Counted from the whole stretch's first letter, positions 12,901-25,853 are shown. The stretch: 63,689 nucleotides of DNA, filler included, from Reclinomonas americana ATCC 50394 (GCA_048213135.1; 9 parts of 5 records of this genome joined end to end with filler, not necessarily neighbours in it), one strand, 5' to 3'. The notes: a model not told the origin generated them from the sequence alone. Translations and numbers: made by a program.

Positions 12901-15900
12901 NNNNNNNNNNNNNNNNNNNNNNNNNNNNNNNNNNNNNNNNNNNNNNNNNNNNNNNNNNNNNNNNNNNNNNNNNNNNNNNNNNNNNNNNNNNNNNNNNNNN
13001 NNGCCAGAGTTGCGATGAGGACAAACACACACTGTGGAGAAACAAGCGGGACGCAAGCGCAACGACTGTGCGAGAGCATCGTCGTTCCATGCCACAGACA
13101 CTACGCACACACACACACAGAGAGAGAGTTGAGAAGAGGCGCACACACAACAAAGCAACACAGCACACAGCCGACGCACAATCGACATCCCACCCAGCAA
13201 TGCCGTCCACCAGCGGTGAGCCGCCATTGAAATCGACACCACTCAACGAGCGCATACGATGAAACGCAGCGCGTGGCGATAGTTCGTCACTATTGGTGCG
13301 CTCTGGCGGCTTGCCAAACGCCGACCGCCGCTGGGCGCTCGACGAAGCCGATGTTAGCGCGCTTCCGGTCAACTGGTCGTCCTTCGAGCCCTCTGCAGAT
13401 TGCTCTTCCGGCTGGCGTCGGTGTGCTGAGCCCATCAAGGATGGCACGGACGGTGCCGATGGCTGTCGACTGTGGTCGACTAGTGGCGGTACTGTGGGAT
13501 CAACAGCACCACTGCTAGCACCACTGGCAACTCGCCGATCGCCCCGGAACAAGATGTCGCGGGTGCGCGATCGAGGTGGCACTGCTCGAACCAGCACCGC
13601 GTCGACAGGAACGTCGCCAGCAGCGACGGCTGGTGGTGGCTGAGAGACACCATCGGTTTCGTCTGCAAAAAANNNNNNNNNNNNNNNNNNNNNNNNNNNN
13701 NNNNNNNNNNNNNNNNTTAATTAATTAANNNNNNNNNNNNNNNNNNNNNNNNNNNNNNNNNNNNNNNNNNNNAAGCAGACCGTATTCGGACAGGAGAGCG
13801 GTGCCACCAACGCAGCATCACTTCCGCATGCCCGTAATACCGCATGTGCCACCGCCGCCAATGGATGACTTGCAAATGTCGGATGAATCCTCGGCCCGCA
13901 GTCGGAGAAAGCGGAAGAAGAAGTCGTTGCGTGGCTGGCTGGCTTTCTGTGTATCAGTTGTGGATGCACACTTGCTGAGTGGCACGCATGCTTGCACAGG
14001 AATTCGGCGGCAATTGCGCAGTCGGGCATTCGCGAGCATCTGATCAGTGCCTCTGCAACCGACCGCCGTGTGCGCGGTGAAGTGCGCAACATTTCTGCTT
14101 ACGATATCGCATCGTACGCCGGCAGCAAGCTGTTTGTCGCGGGAGCGGCCGTCAGTGGATCACCACCGCTCAACAGTTATGATGCATGCGAATAGCAACT
14201 GGTGACTCGTGCTCACTCGACTCGTGCAGGTGGCGAGGCATCACCGCGATTGTCTCCGCGCGGCGGTCGTCGCGGAAGCGGTCCGCCTGGGTTCGGCTCA
14301 CCCGTGTCGGTCAATGATGCTGGCGACTTGGAGGGCTCGGAAGACGAGGGTGCTGTCGGTCGTCACGCTTCAGACAGGTGCGTGTATGCCCACTCCTCGG
14401 CAACCCCTATCCATGTTTGTTCATTCTGTGGTTGGTTGGTTTGCTGGTACGCGCAGGCACCCGAACGGCGGCTCTCCACTCGCCCCAAAACCACCACCAC
14501 CGTTGCGTTTCATTGGCGATGATATGTGCTCACGTCGTGTTGACTCATTGGTGATGCATTGTCATATTTCAGTCGCCTGGTGTTCCCGGCTCACCTGAAT
14601 GAGCGCTCGACATACACGGCCGGTGCACATGCAGAGTCGACCACTGCTGGGGCGGTGGCGACGGCCAATGTCGATCGCTTTCCGACTGTCGATGCTCCGC
14701 GACTGACACCGCGGTCCATGACACGAAGTCCACCCACTTCACCGCCCCACTCACCTCGAGAGTCGCCACGACCACCGCGCGGTCAGTCAACAGAGCCCAC
14801 GGAGAACCTCAGTCCACGTCACCGCCATGGAGTGCACTCGGCGCCGAGGTTACGAGAACGGCTGTCGGTGCAAGCTGAATCCGCCACAATGCACGCCGGT
14901 GCAGCCGGTGAGTGACTGACTGACGGAATGACTGTTCTTTTTCTGTTGTTACATGGTTCCTCACGGACAGTCGTTGCTTGCAGAGCGTTTCCACCGACCA
15001 CCCTCCAGTCCACCCGGTTCATCATCGGTGTTGGTGCGTCTGGATCCGAACTACCGAGAGGGAGAACCAGCGGCCAGCTCAGCGTCGGCGGCGACGGACG
15101 AGGCGAGGTGAGTCAGCGGAATTTTCTTGTATTTGGAGTGATCATTGCTGCTAACTGATCGCGTGTGTCGCCAGAGAAACTGCCAAGACGTACTTGGCGG
15201 CTGTGCAACCGCGCATGAGCCGAGTGACGCTCTCCAAAGAAGCGCATTCCGTAGATCCACTGGACGATTTGCTGGAGCGTCAACTGCTGGCGCACGCCGA
15301 CGTGTCGATTGAGGGCATGGTGGCGCAACGAAACTACGAACTGGAGGCAGAAGCAGTTGTGGAGCGCGCCGCCCACACCGAGTCTCACGGGCAGTTCAAG
15401 GCGACACTGGGTGCGCGGCGCAGCAGTCTCGGTCACGTCGCCACCGGCATGTCCAGGGTGCCACTTGAGCCGTCGGCAAGCGGCATGAACTCGCCAGCCA
15501 GCGGCGGTCTCGCTCACATTATTCTGCCACATGCAGCCAGTCCTCCGCAACTGAACGACGTGACCATGTCGTTGCGTGCCTTTTCTTTTTGTGGCTCACC
15601 CATTTTTTCTGGTCTGCATTCTCACCCCGCAGAGCACGCTTGCAGACCACCGCCCAAGCCACCAGGGTACGCTCGCCAACGATCCGTGTCACCCCCGCCA
15701 CCGGCCCCGCCACCACCGTTTGCACGCGGTTGGTCGCCAGTCGACAGCTCCACCTCTCCACCACCGCCCGGTGAGGAGCAACTGGATTTGGATGAGATCG
15801 TCCGTTTGAGTGGTGGTCGGGCCGTGACCGCTCTGGGCACTGCTGGCGACCACCCGACACCCTCCACCGCCATGTTCACGTTGAGACCATTGTCGACGCC

Positions 15901-17389
15901 GGGGCGCGACCTGTTGAGGTTTGTTGTATTGTGCTCTCTTCCGACCTTGTGGCATGCGCGTCTGACGTCTCAAAATGTGTATGTGTGGTACAGCTTGTCG
16001 CCGCGCCAATTCCCGATTCCCACGCAACCGACGCCAACCGTCGCGGCCAATGCACTGCACACCAAGTTGCGGTGATCGTGACCCTGCGTTGCACTCAGCG
16101 TTCTCTGTCTCACGCACGCACTGTCTTGCATGGCCACAGATTGCGATATGTGCCGCGCCACACGGCCAAGCCAAAGCAGCAGCGATCGCAGGATGAAACG
16201 CAGCGCCGCATGGCTGCACAGCAGGCTTTGTTTGAGGAACGCATGTTCCAGGTTTGTTGTGCATGTGTCGTGTGCGGGTGCGTGGTGCAGTGCGTCTGAC
16301 TGCTCGCGAGCACATTCAGATGGCACAGGAAGCCGACGAGGCCGCGCTGCGCGAGCTCATTCAAGCGGGAGTCGGTGCGTGCAGGCGTCGCGCCGCAACT
16401 CTGTTTCTGTAAGTTGTTGTGCTAATGGACAGGGATTGTGGTGTCTGTAGACTTGTCGTTGTTGCCCGGCGGCGCTGTATTGTTGCGTTCAAGTCTCGTG
16501 CAGTCTGTAGCACACATCCGCTGTGTGTACTCACTGCGTTGTGTGTACAGAATGAAGGAATTCGCCCCGCAGGTTTGCTCATCGTTGCTGCGTGGAGGCA
16601 AGTAACTATTGATGCGAGTTGCTCACACGTTGTCTTGCAGCCGCCGGCTCTCGGACCTCCTGGTGGTGGTGCTGCCGGTGTGTATTCGTGTCATTCTCCT
16701 GGTGCTGTGAGCTTCTCGTGTGTGACGCATGGTTCTGCAAACTGCACAGGCGGCTCCGCAGCAGCAGCAGTCAACCATGTATCGCAGCCGCCGCTGGCCG
16801 ATGACTCGGAGTGGTGAGTGCACTCTGGCTGAGAGTACGAGCAGGTGGCAGTTGCTGACTCTGTCGTACCACACAGGTCGATGCCTGCACTTGCGCAGCG
16901 ACTTGGCCATGAGCCGCGTTCTCGCAGTGGTTCTGCGTCAGTGGTTACACCGCCGGCAACTCGCACAGTGACGCAGATGTTGCCGGGAGCCAAACTGCAT
17001 CGCCAGTTGCGTTCTACGTCTGCCTCTTGTTTCGACAGCAGCATTCTCACTGCTCTTCTTCCTCGTGCTGCGGCAACAGTGATTCACATTCGACCTCGGA
17101 GAAGGAGATTGGCATGCTGCGACGTTCCGGCAACGCGCAAATGCGAGCCAGCAGCTTCCGCTATGCACACAAGAAGCCTCGACATGCTCCAGAGGGTGAT
17201 GGTATTTCATTCCCTCTCCCTCTATGCAGAGTCTGCTCTCACGTTTCTGTTGCAGCCGAACGCGAGGCGCCAGTCGCCAGCAATGGAGACATTGCGTACA
17301 TTGGACCACCGGGCCTGCAGACGCTGCAGTTTTACTCTCGCAATCGCCGCCGAAGTGGCGTGCCAATGCTTCCTGCCAGCAAGAGGTAG
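9965..17389 (+). CDS. Large Ser/Pro/Ala/Arg-rich low-complexity multi-exon protein (one gene or several; segment 13003-13672 reads on the minus strand and is probably an inverted contig)
   Basis: Successive exons join in frame, for example KKKS|NSAAIAQ, PKPPPP|RLVFPAH, VTMS|PPPKPPG, LHTK|LRYVPR and LHRH|DSHSTSE. There is one coiled-coil patch (LDELYESIVRSLQEL...LRQKLRSLQE). I recognised no globular domain. Confidence 0.5.
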
Positions 17390-17476
17390 CCGGCGGGAAC
17401 GAAATGACGAAATGAATCACTGCGTCCCCTGTCCTCATCCCCTTCGTTTTCTGCGATCACGCGCGCGCTGTGACAA

Positions 17477-20400
17477 ATGACAACTGCTGCGCCGCTGAGT
17501 GCACAGCTGCGTGACATTCTCTCGCGCCCTGAAGCCTTCGACAGCTATGTGGAGGTGCGTGCGGTCACGTATCATCGTGCATGCAACGCAGCACACGTCA
17601 TCACCGGATCTCTGCACACACAGGAATTCTTCAATGCCTCTGACATGAACGGCGACGGTGTAGTCGATCATCGCGAGTTCCACCAGGTGGCGTATGCACA
17701 CGCGCGCGTGAAGTAGCCATGTCGCGCTCTTCTTGTCTCTCTCTCTCACACACACATGCGCACTCGTGTGTTTCATGGTAGTTGGTGAATGACTTTTACG
17801 AGAGACTGGCGGTGGCACCACGTGAGATTCCCAGCAACACCGACATTCGTCGCAGTTGCGTTGAGGGCACCACACTATCACTGTATGAAGAGACAACTGA
17901 CGCACTCCACGCGCAGTGTTTCATCAGCTCGACACGCAGCGCACAGGCTCAATCACTCAGGAGCAGATTCGGTGAGTTTACAAGAGAGAGAGAGACTCTC
18001 TACCTGCCACTGCAAACTGACCAAGTGCGATTTCGCGCAGGCCTCTTGTGCGGATGGTCAGTTGTTCTCGTGAAGAGGAGCAGGGGAAGAGAGGAGGAGG
18101 CTCATGCCTTCGTGTGTGTCTACGTGCAGTTCTTGCAAGAGCTGCACAACAAGTACCTGCAAGTGGAGCAGAGTCTGCGCGAGATGGATCAGTGGTATCA
18201 TGGTCATCAGAGCTTCCGCGAGGATGGCGAAGACAATGATGATGATGATGATGGTCCGCCACCCATCACCCCCGATCCAGACCCAGTGGTGCGCCGTCTC
18301 GTGTGTGCGGGTGTCCCCTCTCGTCCACTTCACTCACATTCTCTGCTCCACAGAAAGTTGTGCGTCGCGTGTCGCCCACGCGACAGCCGTATGAGCCGGC
18401 TGCTACGGCCATGCTGATTGAGACGTCGATTCCCAATGTGGTGCGCGTCTCGTCTCCTGTGCGCTTCAGTGAGAACGTGGTGTTCCGTGTTGTGCGCGCG
18501 GCATACCGCAAATTCTGGACCGCGCTGCAGATGGCGTGGCACGTTTTGTGGGTGCGTCAGTCTCCCTGCAGTGGAAGACGGGTGGCATGCAACCCAGACT
18601 CACCGTTCAACGCAGCACTTTATCGTCGCCCCGATTTGGTTGTGTGCCTATCGCTACGCGCTGGTCAACTGCTCGGCGGCTGTGGAGCGCGACATTCGGT
18701 ATCGCGTGTGGGAGCAGAGTCCAGCCGCGCTGTTGGATGTGTATCTGCAAAACACGCAGGGTCCACCTGGCGAGCCGGGCATGCGACCAGTGGTGATCTT
18801 TGTGCACGGCGGCGCTTGGGGCTGGGGCTCTCGTACGGAGTATGCATTCGTCGGTCGTTTCTTGCAGACCATGGGCTTTGTGTGCGTCATCCCGTCGTAC
18901 ACACTCTTCCCGAAGGTGCCTTCGAATCACAAGCGTCTGTTGTTTTCAGTCCCCTAATTGTGCGGCGTGCAGGGTAATGTGCAACAGATGGTGGCCGACA
19001 TTGATGCTTGTGTGCAGTGGACACGCGACTTTGCGCCGCGCTACGGCGGAGGTTCGTTGTTGCATCTTGTGTGTACGCTCGTGTGTATGTGTGTGTCGCT
19101 CATCTCCTTCCGATGATGGTGCCGTCAGATCCCGGTTGCATACACTTGGTCGGGCACAGCGCTGGCGCGCATCTTGTCGCGCTGACAACCATGCTGCGAC
19201 TGTGCCAAGACGCCAAGATCAACTCGACTGCTGCCGAAAAGCACCGTCTGGACAATGTGCTCTACGAGTGTGGTCTCACTTCGTCACGTTGCGTGATGCG
19301 TTGCACGCGTTTCCTGCCTGCCACCACTGCTGCTCACGGTTCTCTCCTTTGTTCCGTGCTGCGCACCACAGCTAGCTGGATTCGCTCGCTGCGCACCATG
19401 ATCGGCATCAATGGCGTGTACGACATTGAGGACCATTTCAAGCACGAGTCGTATCGCTGTTGCGTGAACAAGCACACACTCTTTAGTCGTCACCTCATGT
19501 GTCGCTGACGACTGGCAACGCAGGTGTGGAGAAATTCTCGCCAATGGCTCGTGCCATGGGCGGCGAAGACCGTTTCAACGACTTCTCACCGTCGTGGTGG
19601 GCCTCGCAGTGCGCCTTCTACGGTATGCGCACACGTGCCACCGTAGCTGCTACGCGCCTTCCTCTCACCGACCACACACATGTCCTGTGTTGCAGCTCCA
19701 AAGACGAGTCTGCCAACGCCCGCAATCATTCTCCTGCACGCCGGGGCCGACGCTACTGTGCCAGCACGGCAGAGCGGCCACTTTGCACGCTTCTACAGTT
19801 GTGTTGCGAGGTGCTTTGCATCTCACGGTGCACCGACTCACTCGATGTGCGTGTCGGGAGCAGAAGATTGGAGTGGCAGCGATGGANNNNNNNNNNNNNN
19901 NNNNNNNNNNNNNNNNNNNNNNNNNNNNNNNNNNNNNNNNNNNNNNNNNNNNNNNNNNNNNNNNNNNNNNNNNNNNNNNNNNNNNNNNNNNNNNNNNNNN
20001 NNNNNNNNNNNNNNNNNNNNNNNNNNNNNNNNNNNNNNNNNNNNNNNNNNNNNNNNNNNNNNNNNNNNNNNNNNNNNNNNNNNNNNNNNNNNNNNNNNNN
20101 NNNNNNNNNNNNNNNNNNNNNNNNNNNNNNNNNNNNNNNNNNNNNNNNNNNNNNNNNNNNNNNNNNNNNNNNNNNNNNNNNNNNNNNNNNNNNNNNNNNN
20201 NNNNNNNNNNNNNNNNNNNNNNNNNNNNNNNNNNNNNNNNNNNNNNNNNNNNNNNNNNNNNNNNNNNNNNNNCGCGCCACACTTTTCCGCTACGAGCAGA
20301 CGGCGCACAACGATGTGCTGTATGCCCTGCTCAAGTGGCAGGTGCGTGCGCTGATCCTCACCCCGCTGTGCGTATATGTGTATGTGTGTGCTCACTGCTA

Positions 20401-20566
20401 CGCAACGCACCAGCTTCGCGAGTTTGCTCAGTCCATGCTGGTGGGTGAAAAGGATCGCGCTCACGCGCGTGCCGAGGTGGCGCGCCGGGCACAGAGCGAC
20501 GTGCATTGGATGCCGTGGCAAGATGTGCTGAAGAGCATTGAGCTGCACTCGGCGCCGCGCGAGTGA
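17477..20566 (+). CDS. EF-hand pair fused to an isoprenylcysteine methylesterase-like (ICME/BD-FAE-type) alpha/beta hydrolase
   Basis: EF loops DMNGDGVVDHRE and DTQRTGSITQEQ. Hydrolase motifs LLDVY, VVIFVHGGAWGWGS, GNVQQMVADI, YGG|DPGCIHLVGHSAGAHL, NGVYDI, LLHAGADATVP and TAHND (Ser-Asp-His triad). Exons join in frame up to the 19887-20271 gap, except one unresolved junction at about 19800-19865. Confidence 0.85.
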
Positions 20567-20906
20567 GTGAGTGAACTGTGAAGCAATGCTGACAAGAAAA
20601 AGTCCATGCAAACAGGAATTACATGTATGTGACAAACCGGCGTGCCAGAGAAGCACGCACGACAAGAGGCCACACAGAAACGAAAAGGGAGAGGGAGAGA
20701 GAAAAAAACAGAGGGCGGTACTACAGCGAAGAGAAGCTCACGCACACACACACATAGCACCCTTTCTTGTACAAACGCGCACGCACAACCCCTTGCACCG
20801 CGGATCGCACCACACGGAGGACGGATAAAGAGAGAATGTATAGAGGAGGGGAGAGGGAGAGACAGAGAGAGGAGAGGAGAAGATAACACCTATGTTTTTC
20901 CTGCTT

Positions 20907-22281
20907 TTAAAGTCCGCACACGACCGACACTTGGGGTGCCGGCGGCGGCGGCGTCGGCACACGATCCGTCGACCCTCGATTCCTCTTTCGTTCTGCACTC
21001 CGTCCTCGGCCCTGGCGCTGTCTCCGCACATTCTGCTGCACCGGCACTGCATCATCCACTGGCGCGGTTGCCGCTGCAGTCGTCGCTGATGAGGGTGAGG
21101 AGGATGACGNNNNNNNNNNNNNNNNNNNNNNNNNNNNNNNNNNNNNNNNNNNNNNNNNNNNNNNNNNNNNNNNNNNNNNNNNNNNNNNNNNNNNNNNNNN
21201 NNAGCAGCAGCAGCAGCAGCAGCATCACAAGAATCATCATCATCATCGGCAGCATGCTCGTCAACCGGCAGCGCCGGCACTGTCACAGTCGTCGTCGTCG
21301 TCACAACCGGAAGTTCATCATCATGATTGCCACTGTGAACTGCAACAGCAACAGCAACAGCAACAGCGGGTGTCGGAGCAGGTGCAGCAACCGACAGCAC
21401 CGCAGGCTGCGTCGCAACCACAGTCTCTGGGTGACCACTCGTATGCGTCGTCGTCGTCGTCAGAGTCGTCGATGAACTCGTCGCCGACACCGCGCTCGAG
21501 CCCCTCGTCGGGACTGAGTTCGCCGAATGAGCAGTCGGTGTTGGTGTCGTCGGAGGTGGACGAGGCGGCGGTCGGCGGTGACAGTGCGCCATCGTCGGTG
21601 GCCTCGAGTGCGTCGGCGGTGGAGCACTTGCGAGTGCGTGCGGCGGAGAGTCCTCGGCGACAGCGTGCGCGTGAGCTGGTGGAGAGGGCGTTGCAGCAAC
21701 GGCAGCGTCATGTGCACGTGAAGGAGTTGCGCGAGCGGAGGTGGCGACGGCGGCAGGAGAAGGCTGCTGCTCTTGCCGCTGCTGCTGCNNNNNNNNNNNN
21801 NNNNNNNNNNNNNNNNNNNNNNNNNNNNNNNNNNNNNNNNNNNNNNNNNNNNNNNNNNNNNNNNNNNNNNNNNNNNNNNNNNNNNNNNNNNNNNNNNNNN
21901 NNNNNNNNNNNNNNNNNNNNNNNNNNNNNNNNNNNNNNNNNNNNNNNNNNNNNNNNNNNNNNNNNNNNNNNNNNNNNNNNNNNNNNNNNNNNNNNNNNNN
22001 NNNNNNNNNNNNNNNNNNNNNNNNNNNNNNNNNNNNNNNNNNNNNNNNNNNNNNNNNNNNNNNNNNNNNNNNNNNNNNNNNNNNNNNNNNNNNNNNNNNN
22101 NNTGCGTCTCTGCTGCAGCACCATATCCACTAGCGCACGAGCACGCTGCGCACGCTCCACATCGCCTTCACAATCCTGCACCTGACGTTGGCAAACTGAT
22201 CGAGAACGCACACTCTCTCTCTTGCACACACACACTCACCACTGCCAGCGAGGGCGGTGGCCGTCTCTCAAGTCGCTGCAT
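20907..22281 (-). CDS. Low-complexity Q/H/S/R-rich protein; the middle contig 21203-21788 appears inverted
   Basis: The minus strand gives MQRLERRPPPSLAV|VQDCEGDVERAQRARALVDMVLQQRR[gap]. The plus-strand middle gives QQQQ...RQRARELVERALQQRQ...AAAA[gap]. The minus-strand end gives SSSSPSSATT...VVCGL*. Confidence 0.45.
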
Positions 22282-23669
22282 GTCGCCGAGTGTGTATGCA
22301 CGCTGGATTCGAGTATCTGTGTGTGTGTGTGTGAGGCTTGGTTGAGACGAATGCTTAAAAAACGTTGCAGACAAACTGACGCCGCAAGTGTGTGCTCTCT
22401 CTCTCCACACACAACACACAGGCACACAGAGAGAAGGAGTCACTGTTTGTGTACACGTGCGTGCGAGTCAAGTGTGCAAAAGAAGTGTGTGTGTGTTCCA
22501 GTTGGACGAGAAAGAGTGAGTGAGAGATCGCACATGACACAGGGTTCATGTCGCACACTCACAGACCCGACCCCGCTTCTCTCCGCCCACCAGCAAACTG
22601 TATCTCACAGTGCGCGTGTATGTGCACAAGTGCATGTGTACGTGCGTATGTGCGCGTGTGAGTGGATGCACACACTTTTGTGGTGTGAGAGAGCCAGCAA
22701 AACGACTTATTACACGGAGGAAAACAAACTGCTCACTGCGCCACGATGCATGTGCTCACTCACTCTCACTCACTCGCACGCACGTGCATAGACAGACACA
22801 CACAAGGCACAGAGACACAGAGAGAGGAACACACCACTGTTTCACACGAGGTCTGAATTGCGAGCCGCCTATCAATGACGTCATCGAATCATCCTCACAT
22901 CCGTCGACCGGCACTCCAGTCCCAATTCACCATCGATTGGTGAGTGTGCGAGTGTGAGTGGTGTGTGTGCGTGAGTGGCAGGGGAGGGGGAAGAGGAGAG
23001 GTGTAAATGGAGCGCGCGCAGGGGCGGGAAGGAAATGCCTCCTCCTTTTGGGTGTTTGCCGGTGCCGGCCATTTCTCACTCACTCTGTAGACACTTGGCG
23101 CTTTTGTGGCACACACACACACACACACACAGAGAGACTCGTAGAGCAATGTGTGCGCACGTTGTCAGTCGTTGGTTGAGGGCGAGTGTGTGTGTGTGTG
23201 CGAGTGGCGAGAGAGTGAGAGGAAAAACCTGCTGCGCTCTTCTTGTCTTTTTTCTTTGTTGTGCAATGTGATGAGAGCATCTCGGCGCACAAATGCGTGC
23301 ACTGACTGTCAGGCGTTGCATGCACGCCAGTGAGTGAGTGAGTGTGAGAGGAAAAGATGCTGCGATAGCAACGATGCGCACGGCGTCGACGGATATGTCA
23401 CTCCATGTTTTGCTTAGTTGTCCTGTGGGTTTCCCACTCAGTGTGCGGAGATGCATGTGCGCTTATATGCAAGTGAGTGCATGTTCGTTAGCGAGTAGAG
23501 GGAGAGAGGGAGAGGCTGAGCGGACCCGCCAATGATAACGGTGTTGCTTACTTTCCGGTCTCCGTTGATTTCTGTATCACCAATCGGAGATCGAGTTGTG
23601 TGTGCTGGCGTTCTCACTGTATTGGCCCCTCCCTCCCAGTGAGTGTGGGTAGGCTGCACTGTCGACGAA

Positions 23670-23966
23670 ATGAGTCTCGATCAAGTGGAACAATGGGAAG
23701 GTGCGGCGTGCCCTTTTCACATTGTGCTTGCGTGCATTCCTCGGTTTGCCGATTTGGTCGAATACAGGCAAGGCATTGTGTATGGGGGCCATTGATCTGG
23801 ACTTCGCGTCGGAGCAGACCGACAACGACAACGAGTTTCTGTTGGAGGTTAGTGTGTGTTGACCAACGAGTTGGAATATATATGTTCCACTCATTGCACG
23901 ATTACTTTATTTGGAGCGCAGCTATTGGAAGAGTTGCGACGGCTGCTGTGTTCGCTGCGCGTGCAC
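23670..23966 (+). CDS. 5' fragment of an unidentified gene (3 exons, runs into a gap)
   Basis: MSLDQVEQWEG|KALCMGAIDLDFASEQTDNDNEFLLE|LLEELRRLLCSLRVH with G|GTGCGG and G|GTTAGT donors. Confidence 0.45.
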
Positions 23967-24802
23967 NNNNNNNNNNNNNNNNNNNNNNNNNNNNNNNNNN
24001 NNNNNNNNNNNNNNNNNNNNNNNNNNNNNNNNNNNNNNNNNNNNNNNNNNNNNNNNNNNNNNNNNNNNNNNNNNNNNNNNNNNNNNNNNNNNNNNNNNNN
24101 NNNNNNNNNNNNNNNNNNNNNNNNNNNNNNNNNNNNNNNNNNNNNNNNNNNNNNNNNNNNNNNNNNNNNNNNNNNNNNNNNNNNNNNNNNNNNNNNNNNN
24201 NNNNNNNNNNNNNNNNNNNNNNNNNNNNNNNNNNNNNNNNNNNNNNNNNNNNNNNNNNNNNNNNNNNNNNNNNNNNNNNNNNNNNNNNNNNNNNNNNNNN
24301 NNNNNNNNNNNNNNNNNNNNNNNNNNNNNNNNNNNNNNNNNNNNNNNNNNNNNNNNNNNNNNNNNNNNNNNNNNNNNNNNNNNNNNNNNNNNNNNNNNNN
24401 NNNNNNNNNNNNNNNNNNNNNNNNNNNNNNNNNNNNNNNNNNNNNNNNNNNNNNNNNNNNNNNNNNNNNNNNNNNNNNNNNNNNNNNNNNNNNNNNNNNN
24501 NNNNNNNNNNNNNNNNNNNNNNNNNNNNNNNNNNNNNNNNNNNNNNNNNNNNNNNNNNNNNNNNNNNNNNNNNNNNNNNNNNNNNNNNNNNNNNNNNNNN
24601 NNNNNNNNNNNNNNNNNNNNNNNNNNNNNNNNNNNNNNNNNNNNNNNNNNNNNNNNNNNNNNNNNNNNNNNNNNNNNNNNNNNNNNNNNNNNNNNNNNNN
24701 NNNNNNNNNNNNNNNNNNNNNNNNNNNNNNNNNNNNNNNNNNNNNNNNNNNNNNNNNNNNNNNNNTGAAGTGAATCGTGCAGGAAAAAAGGGTGATGGTG
24801 GT

Positions 24803-25789
24803 TTATGAATGGGGAGGTGATGGTGAGCATACGCAGGCCGCAATTCTCTCGAGGTGCCGATGGTCGGTGCCGCAGCAGCCGCCGAGCACCGTCAGCCACG
24901 GCAGGCGTTCGCGGAGACGACGGTAGTCGGCGGCCAACTCGTCGGGATCGCCGGCGTCCAGTTCGGTGCACTCGTCGAGCTCGGCGTGGCTGCACTTGGA
25001 GGCATTGGCACGCAGGCCACGCACTCGCTGCAGCCACCCCGCATCATCGCTCTCCTCTCCGCTCCCCAGCAGCACGTGCGTAAAGTGCGTCGGATGTGCG
25101 CAGTTGACCATAAAGTAGGCGCAGTAGGAGTCGGTGGCCGCGTCGACCTGCTCCACGGCCTCGCGCAGCGAGTGGCCGCTCGGCAGCCTCCCGTCGGTCT
25201 CCACCGTGAACGACACCGCCACGGGCACGCCAGCCACCCGCGCTGCACGCACCACTCCAATGGCCTCGGCCGGATACGTCATGGTGATGGCAGTGACCAT
25301 GTCCACGGCGGCGCCGGCCAGCGTCTCCACTTGCGCACTGTGATACCGCTGCGCCTCGTCCTCGTCCATCAGCCGCGATGGGCGGTACCCGTCCCCTTGC
25401 GGTCCCACGCACCCACTGATCACCATCGCCATGTGCTCCACGGATCCGGAGAACGAGTCGCGGACCTGCTGCATGAGGAGCACCGCACGACGATTGACCT
25501 CCGCAATGCTCTCCTCGGTGAGATCGAGCTTGGCGGCCCAGTCGCGACTGGCGCGCCACGTCGGCGTCTCCAGCACAAAGCCTGCACACTTGACAGCGAC
25601 TGCCACGCGCACGTAGCGCTCATAGTATGCACGCAGCGCCGCTCGCCCTGTCTCCGTCTCCAGCAGCACAAACGACGCAAAGTGCGGCAGCTCAAAGCCC
25701 TCGTGGAAGATCAGTGTGGTCTCAATGCCGCCGTCGGTGAGGAACACACCGCTGGTGGTTGTTTGTGGAAGCAGTGGCGCGCGAGACAT
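24803..25789 (-). CDS. Homocysteine S-methyltransferase family protein (Zn-dependent), intronless, bacterial-like
   Basis: Uninterrupted 328-aa ORF with FLTDGGIETTL, TPTWRAS, GCVGPQGDGY, SFTVETDGRLPSG, MVNCAHP and LGGCCGTDHRH (Zn-ligand cysteines). Confidence 0.95.
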   Translation of the reverse strand: MSRAPLLPQTTTSGVFLTDGGIETTLIFHEGFELPHFASFVLLETETGRAALRAYYERYVRVAVAVKCAGFVLETPTWRASRDWAAKLDLTEESIAEVNRRAVLLMQQVRDSFSGSVEHMAMVISGCVGPQGDGYRPSRLMDEDEAQRYHSAQVETLAGAAVDMVTAITMTYPAEAIGVVRAARVAGVPVAVSFTVETDGRLPSGHSLREAVEQVDAATDSYCAYFMVNCAHPTHFTHVLLGSGEESDDAGWLQRVRGLRANASKCSHAELDECTELDAGDPDELAADYRRLRERLPWLTVLGGCCGTDHRHLERIAACVCSPSPPHS

Positions 25790-25853
25790 CGATACGATGT
25801 TTGAAGTGGACGGAGGAGGGCACAGGACACAATCATCAACGACACGGAAGTCG

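Noticed and set aside
19455-19525. Idea that GTTGCG introns are really non-GT-AG introns shifted by one base, which would give RGVE rather than RCVE here
   Set aside because: The shifted reading would destroy the conserved NECAP W-x-G-R and CSTPP1 Y-F residues at other sites. GT-AG boundaries fit overall.
22290-23660. Long non-coding stretch as a possible ncRNA or mobile element
   Set aside because: Only CA/GT/GA microsatellite-like sequence is visible, with no recognisable RNA gene, terminal repeats or credible ORF.
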